Positions 23,601-35,098 of a stretch of 64,000 nucleotides of DNA are shown here, one piece after another; the stretch's first letter is position 1, and each line of letters starts with the position of its first letter. This stretch comes from Antedon mediterranea. Its lineage: Eukaryota; Animalia; Echinodermata. Below the pieces are notes generated by a model, which ran no database searches, had not been told where the DNA came from, and saw only the letters and a list, made by a program, of their open reading frames with translations. A program made the translations under genes and the position numbers. Where the stretch lies: NCBI RefSeq assembly GCF_964355755.1, contig NC_092678.1:5410422-5474421 (forward strand). The letters are read 5' to 3'.

Positions 23601-24833
23601 CCAAGACATATTTGATTATTGATTGTAAAGTTTGATTGTTTGATTTTGTGTTTATTATATTTATTTATTTTCCTTCGATCAGGATAATGGAGAAGAGGTT
23701 TCATGAACTAGAACGAAAGGAGAAAGAAAAAGGTAATGATGTGATCATAATGTAGCCTACAAATAATGTAAATTTATACGAAAATGTAATATAAATACAC
23801 ATACAACTCCACTGCAATTATTCACTATAAAGAAATATAGAACATCAAGGCCATTCAGAGGAGGCATCTATAGTTATGCATTTCCACAGGCAACACCTAG
23901 TTAATTAGAAAGGAAAGTGTTACTCGTACCTATTCTTCTGTTGGTACTTTTTTTGATCGCTGCAGAAAAGAATCCTCTTTTTAATCATATATCCCACGTG
24001 TTACCCGAATTTGGAACAACTTACCCGGTGAACTTCGCAATTAAGATATTTCAATCCAAATTATTATCGCAATACTTATTTTTTAAATAATTTTAATGTT
24101 GAAAATGTGTGTAGTTGGTCGCTTTCTTGTAGGTGCTTTAATTGCAGAATGTAATTGTTTTTGTTTGTTTATTTCTGTGCTCTGTTCCGATACATTCAGC
24201 TTCCAGACAATTTCTATTGTTTTAGCTGTTCACGCCTCTCACAACAATGCTCTTCTAAAGCTAGTTTCAATCTCTCCCACTGCTATTGTTGTTGCTTTCA
24301 CACCAGTTGTTCCACCCAATTTCACTTATACAGTATATCCTAGTTTCTTGGACTTTCTGGATTCTCATTTCTGAGGACAATAAAACGTCGAGAAACTCAA
24401 CAATTCTTTTCAGAACTACACACGTGGTGTAGCGAAAACGTTATATCATAAATAAATGTTCTTGAAATGAAATTCTGTCATAATCTGTTTTCACTTAAGA
24501 CTCAATCTAGACATTATTGACTATACCATATATGAGAGATTAAAATGCTTACATTTGTTTATTTCAGAAAGAAAAAACATCTACAAACGATGTTGGTATG
24601 CTTCGTCTATTGTATTGGCGCTGTGTTTTTTGTTGGGAATTTTACTTTATTTTATCAATACAACAGGATATAGAGTTTGTCTTGTTATTTTTATGCTGAC
24701 CGTTTTTGTTTTTACTTGCTTGTCATTCGAACTTGGTAAAAAGTATTTAAAAATTGTCAATTTAGTTTCAGCATGCGTGACTATAATTTCAATTGGGGCA
24801 TTGTTGACATTATTTGAAAATAACGATAAATAG
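20602..24833 (+). CDS. DED-DED-like protein with a charged/coiled segment and three C-terminal transmembrane helices (~432 aa)
   Basis: Exons 20602-20634 (or alternative 21847-21879), 22229-22711, 23078-23544, 23683-23732 and 24568-24833 sum to 1299 nt in frame with GT/AG sites. Both large exons carry the family DED motif (LK.LL.DH...LF..L...YIS..PTDVEIL..IA.ET). The last exon has three hydrophobic ~20-aa segments. Confidence 0.72.
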
Positions 24834-25254
24834 CGAAAACAGATATCTAATCAAAATTATTCTATCTTCCCCTTTTAGTTGAGTAGTTAGTAACACACAT
24901 AATATTTTGTTGTAAAGAAAAAAGATCATTGAAAATCATCTTAAGAGCATCTCTTCTTGTAAGCTATGAGAATTAAAGTGAAATAACCGTTGGCACCATA
25001 CCATTCCAGTCTTCCCTGATAAATGGTGTAATATGAACCATATAGGAAAGCTACCTCAACGGAAAATTAAATAAAGGAAAACAGATAGAGAGACAGTCTC
25101 ATCCCTTATTTTGCTAGATTCATTAATGGAACATAGTAAGTAGGCCGACGTTCTAGTTCGGCTCTTAGACAACGACGTTGTTTTTTTTTTGATGATTATT
25201 CAAAATTTAGATGACAAATTTCGTTTTTGTAAAAGCACAAGTTAACGGAGTACT

Positions 25255-25812
25255 TACTCGAACGTTTCGATCTCTATCAGAGATCCTTCTCAACTGACTG
25301 CGGAGTGTTAATGCAGCTTGGTCATTCTTGACGTCATCTGTTGATGACGTTGTACGCCTCTGGTTGTAGGTTGGAGGTTGTGCGGGGCTCGGCCAGGTGA
25401 TGTGTCTATCAAATCATTGTACAAATGCGAGAGTTCGTGGGCTCCAGTGTCCCGGTTCATGGTCTTCTCTTTATTTCTCCTTATATGTAATGATTCTCTA
25501 ATCTGTCTGTCTTTGCGTTTAGGCTCTTTGGTTAAGATGGTAGCCTCCCAGTTCGGTACATGATTGTGTTTTATGACATGTTCTGTAATGGCAGATTTGT
25601 GTATGATCGAAGATGTGGATGTTCTGGAGGCCCTAGTCATTACTCCCCCCGTGTTTGTTGTAACATCTTTTTTGTGATCATTAATTCGTGTTTGTAATGC
25701 CCTCCCTGTTTCCCCAATGTAAACTTGTGGACAGTTGCGGCAGGTGACTTCGTAGATTACTCCACATGTATCCATCTTCTCGATTTTATCTTTTGGGTGG
25801 ACGAGGCTATTC
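25255..25812 (-). mobile_element. Penelope-like retroelement 3' fragment (GIY-YIG endonuclease)
   Basis: GVIYEVTCRNCPQVYIGETGRAL..RI.DH, SAITEH...NH, R.IRESLHI...MNRD.G; hammerhead-like motif downstream at 25261-25294. Confidence 0.88.
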
Positions 25813-26384
25813 AAAATTTGTTAATATTAAATTTTTTTTATTTTGTTTTTATATACACTTCTACTAAATGTACATAGTATTTTGTTTTAAACATTCACAT
25901 TAGTAGCAGGGTAACTTGGTGTTCTCTTTGTTTTGTATATATGTTTCACAGTCATTATTAATTAATTACTGTAGTATCACTAGTGTTAATTGTCGGAGAC
26001 CTTTATGGTAATTTTAACTTGTTTTTTAAAGTTGTTTTAATTCTTATAATGATTGTATACATGTGTGTACTGCGCTTATGAGCAATCATTGATTGGATAT
26101 ATGTCGCATTAGAAATGCTTTTATTATTATTATGCTAGTAGTAAATACTGTAATACAAAAATATAAAAATATTTTAAGAGCTTATATGGTATATCAGTTA
26201 ATAAAAAAGTTATTAGATTATCCTATCGTCTTGTTCCTTCATTCATTTGTCAGGTGAATAGTATTTAAACTAATTTTTCTAAGAGCAAACTTCCAACTCA
26301 TGTTAAAGAAGTCTTCAGAATACGGATTTCACACAAGTAGGCCTATACATTTCACTAAAAAACTTGTTATTGCACATTATAGAA

Positions 26385-26541
26385 CAACATGCCATATACA
26401 TGGCTGCAGTCGCGTGCGCAAATTTGAGTTAGTGATTACCGACCGACTACCGACCGACCGACTACGGACCGACCGACTACGGACCGACCGACTACCGACC
26501 GACATAGGGAGTTAAAAGTCGCGTTTGCACGCAACTAAAAA
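26385..26541 (-). mobile_element. Short DINE-1/HINE-like element
   Basis: GCCATATACATGGC hairpin, AGTCGCGTG repeat and GACC microsatellite, as in 5545-6264. Confidence 0.6.
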
Positions 26542-26764
26542 TATGATGGAATCTAGAAGTAGCTTTATTGGTGGAAAATAATGCGCAATGAAATGAATGT
26601 ATGTATATACAAACAAAACTTCTATGTGAAAATAAGCAATACATTTTGAAGTCATCATTGTTAACACAAAAAAAGAACATTTTTATGGTTCATGTTCATG
26701 GGATAAAATAAATACAAAAAATCATACAAATATAAAGAAACTTTACTTTTAAAAATAGGATAGA

Positions 26765-26930
26765 TTAGACACCAAGAGGCTTGGTGTTGGAATAGTCCTT
26801 TCAAGCTAGGCTATTCTGTGAACCAGTTCACCAGGGTAACCCCCTACTCGTATGGATTGATGAACTGTATACTTGACCTACAGTTTATAGTCCTTAACCA
26901 AGAAGACTTGTACCACCACCAGAACTATGA
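26765..26930 (-). mobile_element. SINE fragment (same family as 50055-50350)
   Basis: Reverse complement matches GTTCTGGTGG..ACAAGTC..CTTGG.TAAGGACT...GAGTAGGGGGTTACCC at 50143-50245. Confidence 0.6.
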
Positions 26931-26979
26931 GCTATCGGCCTTTAACCCATATGCCGATATTGTTGGCCTTTTTGCTGTC

Positions 26980-29900
26980 CGCCAGTTTGGCTGTTATGTC
27001 ACGTACGGCGCTCCATATGAGCCCTCGTTGTTGTTGTTTTACATACGAATGTTTACTGTTTGCTTTGTTAATAAAGTTACATTATTGTTATACCTCAAGT
27101 ATCGGTTATTCAGTTGTATTATCTGTGTGAGTATTGTCTATATTATTACCAAGTTGGCGTGGTGGCAGCGTCGGGAGACGAAAATCCTACGCAACACATT
27201 TTACTGCCCACAAGAATATCGACTTACCGTCTACACAGGAGGCAGACCTAGGCCTAGCCCTATAACTATAGTACTTATACTGCCGTTATCGCACATCCAC
27301 AGGCGAGCAACTGACCGGCGCATACTGCAGTCGCTGTAATTCTCCGTTCGTCAATAGAGGAATAACGTTTCATTCAGTACACTTTGTATAAACACCACAA
27401 CAATGGCTGCATCCAATCGTGCCCCCAAGCAATGGTGCTTAGGTAAAAACGAAACAATAAACACATTTGAGAATTGGCGTCAAAACCTCATGTACACGTT
27501 AACATTAGACACTAAATTCGCCAATTTCCTGGTGGAAGGTTTCTCGTGGGGAAAGAAAACCAGAGCTTCCCCACTCCGAGGGTTCACTGATGACAATGGT
27601 TTTGAAGACAACGTAGCTAATGCTTTATCTGCACAACAGAAAGTAACCATGTTGGAACTAATGTTAGGTCAAATTGCTAACTATTGCCCTGTAATCTCAA
27701 GAAACACTATCGTAAAATCATCCACATCACTACCTTGCATCTGGCAATGCATACGATTACATTACGGGTTCCAATCTAGTGGGGCTCATTTCTTAGAGTT
27801 TGCTAACATTAGTCTGGGCCCAGATGAACGCCCAGAGGATCTATACCAACGTTTGCTAGCTTTCATTGATGACAATCTTCTTCAAGCAGACAGTGTTATA
27901 ACTCACCACAATCAACCTATTACGGAAGACGAAGAACTCACCCCTTCACTTGAAAACCTACTCACACTGACATGGCTACGCTTAGTTCACCCTTCACTTC
28001 CCCAACTCGTCAAACAGAGGTATGGCACAGAGCTTCGCTCACGTACACTGGCGTCCATCAAGCCTGAAATTTCACAAGCTATGACTTCCCTATTAGAAGA
28101 AATCAAAACTTCCGATGACACAAGAGTCATGCGTTCAGCGATTTTACCGTTTCAAAGACCAGCTTCTCTTCCTTCTCAACCACCGCGTTCCCGCTACCCA
28201 CCTAAGACATTCAATACTCAGACATACAATAACAAACCAAATAAATGCTGCCCATTTTGTAAACAAGGTGGACGACCAGACCGCCACTTTCTCAGTGAGT
28301 GCAAGTTCCTTCCGGAACGCGACCGCCGCTACATGGCACGTGCCCGGGCCGCAAACATCTTCGACGATGACGACAGTTACTGCTATGAACAGGATTCCAC
28401 CCGTGTCGAGGATCCCAACGACCCACCATCTGGTTCATCCTCAGCTCTTCGAATACAGGTACGTCAGTCGCCATATCTCGAAGCCTTTCACGGCTATAAT
28501 ACCGTACATATTACTATAGACAGCGGTGCTACTGGCAACATGATCCGTGAATCAACTGCACGTTTACTTGGCGTTCAGATTAAGCCCAGTAGTCAATCAG
28601 CACACCAAGCCGATGGATCTTCGCAGTTACAGGTTATGGGCGAGACAAACGTCACCTTTACACGTGACAATAAAGACTTGACTTTCAATGGCCTCGTCGT
28701 TAAGGACCTCGACGTTGAGCTACTCGCTGGTACACCGTTTATGGAACAGAATGATATTTCTATCCGCCCCGCTAAGCGTCAAGTAGTTATGGCCGATGGT
28801 ACAACATACATCTATGGCTCCTTGCCTACCACTTTGTCCGAATGCCACTCGATCAGACGCGCTCATGTTCTCCGTGCTCCCTCAACACGCACTGTGATAT
28901 GGCCAGGTAGTTACATTGAACTTTCACTCCCAAATGACCTCACCGACATAGACACTGTTGCTATTGAACCTCGCGTTGATGCACCAATCTCGAAAACATC
29001 TTTGCCATCTCATGTTTGGCCTGAACCACGTATCATATCGTGCGTTGCCGGACGAATTCGCATTCCTAACCTGTCAGACGAACCCAAAGTGCTTTCACGC
29101 AATGAACAGTTTTGCCAAGCTAGCCCTGTGTTTACACCTAACCTACCTGACACTTCATCATCCCCGATTAAACCACCAAAGCTTAGCACTACAACAGTTC
29201 ACACTTGCTTCTCTGATAGCATTAAGCTGGATCCGGATAGCATTCTACCTCGCAACATACTCGAACAATTTACTAGCCTCCACAAGGAGTATGATGACAT
29301 TTTCAACCCTTCCTTTAAAGGTTATAATGGTGCTGTAGGCCCGTTTGTTGCCACCGTAAATATGGGACCAGTCCAACCCCCACAACGCAAAGGTCGCCTT
29401 CCTCAGTATGCAAGAGACAAGCTCCTCGAACTACAACACAAGTTCGACGAACTCGAAACACTTGGAGTTTTTGCCCGTCCAGAAGATGTTGGAGTTGCTG
29501 TAGAATATCTCAATCCGTCATTCCTCGTGAAGAAACCCAACGGCGGTTCCAGGTTAGTGACATCCTTTGCCGATGTCGGCAGGTACAGCAAACCACAACC
29601 GTCACTCATGCCTGACGTCGACTCCACTCTTCTTAAAATCGGACAGTGGAAATACATTATAACAACGGATCTTACCAACGCTTTCTACCAAATTCCACTT
29701 TCAAAACCGTCTATGAAATATTGCGGAATCGTCACTCCATTTCACGGTGTCAGGGTATATACCCGTTGCGCAATGGGCATGCCGGGGTCAGAAACCGCAT
29801 TGGAAGAACTTCTAAGCAGAGTAGTGGGTGATTTTTTAGAAGAAGGTTCAGCTACAAAACTCGCTGATGATCTTTACTGCGGCGGTAATACAGTTGAAGA

Positions 29901-32660
29901 GGTCTTGAACGTATGGAGAAGAATCCTTCATGCACTATCCAACTCAGGACTACATTTATCCGCTACCAAAACCGTTATCTGTCCTAAGACTACTAACATT
30001 CTTGGGTGGATATGGAGCCATGGGACACTCCGAGCTAGCTCTCATCGCATCTCAACATTATCTAGCTGCCCGAGACCAGTCACCGTGACCGGATTACGAT
30101 CGTTCATTGGCGCATTTAAGATGCTATCTCGCGTTCTCCCGCGATGTGCACCTATTTTGTCACCTCTTGAAGCTGCTGTCGCTGGACGACAATCCCAAGA
30201 GAAGATAGACTGGTCTGACGAATTGCTCGCTAGTTTCGCAAGTGCGCAATCTATCCTCAACTCACCACACACGATTGCCATCCCACGAGCAAGTGACCAA
30301 TTGTGGATTGTAACTGATGGCGCCGTCAAGAAATATGGCATAGCTTCCACCTTGTATGTCTCCCGTGACAGCAAACCATTACTCGCTGGTTTTTATAGCG
30401 CTAAACTACGCGGACGACAAATGACCTGGTTACCATGTGAAGTCGAAGCTCTTTCAATTGCCGCATCCACAAAACACTTTAGTCCATTTATCATACAATC
30501 CGCACATCAGGCACACATTTTGACAGACAGTAAGCCATGTGTCCAAGCCTACGAAAAGTTGTGCAGAGGTGAATTCTCTGTGAGTCCTCGGGTTTCAACC
30601 TTCTTATCCACTGTTAGCCGCTATCACGCATCTGTTCACCACCTCGCAGGTTCCGCAAATATGCCGTCCGACTTCGGGAGCAGGAACGCACAACCTTGTG
30701 ACGCTCCTTCTTGCCAAATCTGCTCTTTTGTCCAACAAACCGAAGACTCTGTTGTTTTCCAAGTGAACATTAAAGACGTTATATCTGGCTCCACAAAGCT
30801 ACCTTTCACTAGTCGTCCTGCCTGGCTGGCCATCCAGTCTGAATGTCCGGTCCTACGACGCACTCACGCTCACCTTTCTCAGGGTACTCGCCCCCACAAA
30901 AAAATCACAAACATTAAAGATGTCAAGCGCCTTCTACGATTTTCTACCATAGCCAAGGATGGTCTTTTGGTCGTTCGTAGGGATGAGCCACTCGCACCCG
31001 TACGCGAATGTATTGTTGTTCCTCGTGATGTCCTCGAGGGCCTTCTCACAGCACTTCATCTGCGTTTTGACCACCCTTCGTGCCATCAGCTTAAAACGAT
31101 CGTTCGTAGATATTTCTTCGCTCTCGACATGGATGCCTCTGTGGAGCGTATCTCAGCAAGATGTCACCACTGCGCTGCCCTTCGCTCTATTCCACATACC
31201 GTTATCCCGCAGTCCACCGGAGACCCACCCGATGCAGTTGGTACCACCTTCGCTGCTGATGTAATTAAGCGTGAACGACAACTTATTCTAGTGATGCGAG
31301 AGTGTGTAACATCATTTACAGTCGCGTGCATTATCGACAGCGAACGTCACGACAGTCTACGAGACGGTTTAATCCGCCTTTGTATTGAGCTCAGGCCTCT
31401 TGACGGCCCACACGCTGTAATTCGCACCGACCCTGCTCCTGGATTTGCTTCGTTGGTCAGCGATAAGTTGTTAGCGCACCACAGAATAATGATTGAGCTA
31501 GGAAGAACCAAAAACCCAAATAAGAATCCAATCGCCGAAAAGGCCGTACGTGAAGTAGAAAACGAACTTCTTACACAAGAACCCACTGGTGGATTAGTCA
31601 CCCCAACTATGCTCAAAATTACTATGGCTTGCTTAAACTCTCGACTACGCTCATGTGGTCTCTCTTCTAGGGAGATGTGGACACAACGCGACCAGTTTAC
31701 TAACGACCAAATTCCTCTGTCTGACAGTCAATTAATTATCTCACAGCACAAACGTCGTTTAGCCAATCATGCACATAGTGAAAGATCAAAGGCTCCAACG
31801 GGCCGTTTTCCAGCAAGCTCCGATATTGATGTTGGTGATCTTGTGTACGTCTTAGCCGATCGCAACAAGTCAAAGGCCCGTCATCGCTATCTCGTAACGT
31901 CGGTTGATAACACTTGGTGCAATATCCGCAAATTTATCGGTTCTCAGTTACGTAGTACGGCGTACAAAGTCAAGCGTACGGAATGCTACAAGGTTCCCTC
32001 GTCACCATCTCCTCGATCGCAACATTATTACCAAGAGGACTCGAACAGCGATGATGATTATCAAATTCCTGAGCCACCGCGTACAGAAATACCTATTGAG
32101 CTGTCAACCCCAGCCGATCACGCTTACCAGGTTGATCCATTGCCTGCTGGTACCGACTCAGAGTTCTTAACTCCTGCTGCTTCTGATGATGTCCGCCCTC
32201 TCACCGACCTTCATAAAGTCGTTATTCCACCACCAGTGATAGAACCCAGACGATCTACTCGCAGTCATCGCTTACCCACTCATCTTAACGATTTTGTACT
32301 TGACAAGTGATTCCTGATAAGTATTGTGGGGCAGAATAATCCCCAAGCTGGAGGGCAGTCTACCCGATGAAAGCTCGTTTTTCAATTTTTTATATATGAT
32401 TCACAGTTTGTCCCGATTTGCCGTTTTTGTTGTTGACTTTGTTTTTTTTGAGAAAAGAAAAAAAAAAAAAAAGGTAGTCACGCCAGTTTGGCTGTTATGT
32501 CACGTACGGCGCTCCATATGAGCCCTCGTTGTTGTTGTTTTACATACGAATGTTTACTGTTTGCTTTGTTAATAAAGTTACATTATTGTTATACCTCAAG
32601 TATCGGTTATTCAGTTGTATTATCTGTGTGAGTATTGTCTATATTATTACCAAGTTGGCG
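26980..32660 (+). mobile_element. Full-length Gypsy-like LTR retrotransposon with 180-bp LTRs and a 3-bp TSD (Troyka-like)
   Basis: LTRs at 26980-27159 and 32481-32660 with termini CGCCA...TGGCG; GTC flanks both ends; PBS TGGTGGCAGCG at 27160; A-rich purine tract at ~32450-32474. Confidence 0.92.
27403..32310 (+). CDS. Gag-Pol polyprotein (gag, aspartic protease, RT, RNase H, integrase), 1635 aa
   Basis: Zn knuckle CPFC...H...C; protease IDSGA; RT DLTNAFYQ and KLADDL; RNase H VTDG, E, TDSKP; integrase H..H..CHHC, D..D..E. Gypsy domain order in a single uninterrupted ORF. Confidence 0.95.
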   Translation: MAASNRAPKQWCLGKNETINTFENWRQNLMYTLTLDTKFANFLVEGFSWGKKTRASPLRGFTDDNGFEDNVANALSAQQKVTMLELMLGQIANYCPVISRNTIVKSSTSLPCIWQCIRLHYGFQSSGAHFLEFANISLGPDERPEDLYQRLLAFIDDNLLQADSVITHHNQPITEDEELTPSLENLLTLTWLRLVHPSLPQLVKQRYGTELRSRTLASIKPEISQAMTSLLEEIKTSDDTRVMRSAILPFQRPASLPSQPPRSRYPPKTFNTQTYNNKPNKCCPFCKQGGRPDRHFLSECKFLPERDRRYMARARAANIFDDDDSYCYEQDSTRVEDPNDPPSGSSSALRIQVRQSPYLEAFHGYNTVHITIDSGATGNMIRESTARLLGVQIKPSSQSAHQADGSSQLQVMGETNVTFTRDNKDLTFNGLVVKDLDVELLAGTPFMEQNDISIRPAKRQVVMADGTTYIYGSLPTTLSECHSIRRAHVLRAPSTRTVIWPGSYIELSLPNDLTDIDTVAIEPRVDAPISKTSLPSHVWPEPRIISCVAGRIRIPNLSDEPKVLSRNEQFCQASPVFTPNLPDTSSSPIKPPKLSTTTVHTCFSDSIKLDPDSILPRNILEQFTSLHKEYDDIFNPSFKGYNGAVGPFVATVNMGPVQPPQRKGRLPQYARDKLLELQHKFDELETLGVFARPEDVGVAVEYLNPSFLVKKPNGGSRLVTSFADVGRYSKPQPSLMPDVDSTLLKIGQWKYIITTDLTNAFYQIPLSKPSMKYCGIVTPFHGVRVYTRCAMGMPGSETALEELLSRVVGDFLEEGSATKLADDLYCGGNTVEEVLNVWRRILHALSNSGLHLSATKTVICPKTTNILGWIWSHGTLRASSHRISTLSSCPRPVTVTGLRSFIGAFKMLSRVLPRCAPILSPLEAAVAGRQSQEKIDWSDELLASFASAQSILNSPHTIAIPRASDQLWIVTDGAVKKYGIASTLYVSRDSKPLLAGFYSAKLRGRQMTWLPCEVEALSIAASTKHFSPFIIQSAHQAHILTDSKPCVQAYEKLCRGEFSVSPRVSTFLSTVSRYHASVHHLAGSANMPSDFGSRNAQPCDAPSCQICSFVQQTEDSVVFQVNIKDVISGSTKLPFTSRPAWLAIQSECPVLRRTHAHLSQGTRPHKKITNIKDVKRLLRFSTIAKDGLLVVRRDEPLAPVRECIVVPRDVLEGLLTALHLRFDHPSCHQLKTIVRRYFFALDMDASVERISARCHHCAALRSIPHTVIPQSTGDPPDAVGTTFAADVIKRERQLILVMRECVTSFTVACIIDSERHDSLRDGLIRLCIELRPLDGPHAVIRTDPAPGFASLVSDKLLAHHRIMIELGRTKNPNKNPIAEKAVREVENELLTQEPTGGLVTPTMLKITMACLNSRLRSCGLSSREMWTQRDQFTNDQIPLSDSQLIISQHKRRLANHAHSERSKAPTGRFPASSDIDVGDLVYVLADRNKSKARHRYLVTSVDNTWCNIRKFIGSQLRSTAYKVKRTECYKVPSSPSPRSQHYYQEDSNSDDDYQIPEPPRTEIPIELSTPADHAYQVDPLPAGTDSEFLTPAASDDVRPLTDLHKVVIPPPVIEPRRSTRSHRLPTHLNDFVLDK

Positions 32661-32739
32661 GTCGTTGTATTATTAATGTCATTTGTAGTAATCTGTTTCT
32701 GCAAGTACAGATATATATATCTAAAATAATATAAAAATG

Positions 32740-33610
32740 ACATACTTTATTTGGGTTAGTTGATTGTGAATGCTGTAGATCACCTGGCACTGTAGATACT
32801 ATCTGTTTGGATCTTGTTTTGTTCTTTGCTAGCGTCCTAGTCCCTTTTTGTGTCTTCTTCTAAATAACACGTTTGGAGGCTAAACTGAGTTTCTGAAAGT
32901 GTACAGCACATTATAACAGAAATACAGGAAAAATGTAATATAATGTGTCAAGTCAATTGAAAGAAGAAGGGCAACTAAGAAGAGGCAACTAAGGAGGACC
33001 AACTAAGGAGGGGCAACTAAGAAGAGGCAACTAAGGAGGAGCAACTAAGGAGGGGCAACTAAGGAGGGGCAACTAAGAAGAGGCAACTAAGGAGGAGCAA
33101 CTAAGAAGGGCAACTAAGGAGGGGCAACTAAGAAGGGGCGACTAAGGAGGGGCAACTAAGAAGAGGCAACTAAGGAGGGGCAACTAAGGAGGGGCAACTA
33201 AGAAGAGGCAACTAAGGAGGGGCAACTAAGAAGAGGCAACTAAGGAGGGGCAACTAAGGAGGGGCAACTAAGGAGGGGCGACTAAGGAGGGGCAACTAAG
33301 AAGAGGCAACTAAGGAGGGGCAACTAAGGAGGGGCAACTAAGAAGAGGCAACTAAGGAGGGGCAACTAAGAAGAGGCAACTAAGGAGGAGCAACTAAGAA
33401 GGGCAACTAAGGAGGGGCAACTAAGGAGGGGGAAGGTAAGGAGGGGCAGCTAAGAAGGGGCAACTAAGGAGGGGCAACTAAGGAGGGGCAGCTAATACTT
33501 GAGTAGAATATTATATGAATATAATAATAATTTTGGATGGTGTTTGTGTATATACAAAATAAGTCTTACTTCATTTATCTTGATTTCTGTATCACTTGAT
33601 AACAGCCTAT
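32740..33610 (-). pseudogene. Duplicated exons of the minus-strand gene (match 46140-46690)
   Basis: Shared blocks such as TGTAGATCACCTG.CACTGTAGATACT.TCTGTTTGGATCTTG and CTTACTTCATTTATCTTG. Confidence 0.55.
32988..33495. repeat. 15-bp purine-rich minisatellite (GGGGCAACTAAGGAG / GAGGCAACTAAGAAG variants), ~33 units
   Basis: Read directly; contiguous units with no spacers. Confidence 0.95.
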
Positions 33611-34302
33611 GTAAACAAAACAAAAATAATAAAATGTCAAGGAGATTAATATATGATTACAGTATATCAGATTAGTACTAAAAGAGAGCTGCAAGTTGCA
33701 TCTTGCCAGACACATAACAAAACTCATGGAAATAGTAAGAAAAAATAAAACTTGGTTAAATTTATTAGCTTTACTAGTATATCATTTACATGTATTAAAA
33801 TAAAACACATAGTAAAATAAAACATATTTCACACAGTGAATATTTATCTTGAAATATTCTAATAATTTTTCTTCTAAGAAGTGTGACATGTATTGACAAA
33901 AGACAAACAAAATGGTGGGCATCTGTATATAAATTATCAAAGTTTATAGTCCCATTATATGGATGTTTGTTTTGATAAATACAATGTTGTACTCTGCACC
34001 TTGTTGAAATTTTACAATACGTCGTGAACTGTACTTATTGGTACATTACATTAAGTAAATTAAGTAAGCTGCTTTAAATAAAAATGTAGCATACAAAATG
34101 GTACTATGTAAATGGCATATTAAGTGTAAATATTCCAGACTAGAAATACTACAGTAGATATATCTTATCATTGTTCTGTAATACGATAATAAACACAAAG
34201 GTTTGGTACTGTACTGAATAATAATAATAGCTGACCCTTGACACCAACTAGTTGGTATGATTCAATAATCAATAGCAATTATTATGCATAATATAAATAG
34301 GA

Positions 34303-34312
34303 GGGAATTTCC
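34303..34312 (+). promoter_or_regulatory. NF-kappaB consensus site GGGAATTTCC upstream of copy 3
   Basis: Perfect GGGRNWYYCC, about 155 bp upstream of the first-exon donor (34469); positionally conserved in copies 4 and 5. Confidence 0.6.
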
Positions 34313-35098
34313 AGCTTGTAAAGGCTATGAAGGCGTACATTATCTTGAAAATGTAATTAGGCCTATTAAGGCCAAGAAAGGTACTGTAGATGTATTGCAA
34401 CCAATATTACTTCATCATAAAAAATAATAACAATACTCAATTTGGAAGATTCCAGAAGCTGACAAACCGTAAGTAATCATGAAATTCAATAACTAGTGTA
34501 GGAATTAATATAATCTCTACAGCATTCAATACTACATGACATTTGAAAATTCAGAGTAAAGGAAAGTAAAAATATACCAACATGGTATTATAATAAAAAA
34601 AAAATAACCTTAAAAAATAGACTAGTGTGGAATTAACCTAATCATTCACAAACTAGTATAGGCATTGGAGGAAGTGGGAAAGTAAATAAAGTAAATATTT
34701 TCAGTATAAATAACAAAAAATACTCTGTCATGTACCATACAGGTACATTACAAGGATCATCTTATTTAAAATAGTATGGAACATGATATTAAAATTGTGA
34801 ATTCAAAACCTATAAGAATTATTTTGCACTAATTTATTTGTGTTTATTTAACCTGCACAACATAGTTCTGTCACTTGAGAAATTTACAACTACTGTACCA
34901 TTAACATTCTTAAGTTCCTTTAGTCTTTTCATTTATTTTTTTTATGGATTGTACATTGTGTTATCATTTAAACTTCAAAGAGAATTTAGTCTCTAAAAGT
35001 ATGTTTGAATTTATATTTTACCATGTAGTTGTTATTATTATTCTATAATTGAATTATTTTAAATATTTTTAAGTCTTTTGTTATTCCTCTTCCAGAAA

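Noticed and set aside
24370-24445. Weak hammerhead-like hairpins (CTGAGGAC..GTC..GAAAC; CTACAC/GTGTAG..GAAAAC)
   Set aside because: Core spacing does not fit the consensus; at best a decayed repeat.
26818-27339. Hydrophobic 173-aa ORF, possible env-like gene (also 32529-32729)
   Set aside because: Chimeric read-through of SINE, flank and the T-rich LTR; it starts outside the element.
28115-32170. Small alternative-frame and antisense ORFs inside the Gag-Pol
   Set aside because: No motifs; expected by chance in GC-richer coding DNA.
32988-33495. Possible CRISPR array
   Set aside because: Contiguous 15-bp units without unique spacers, no cas genes, eukaryotic context: a minisatellite.
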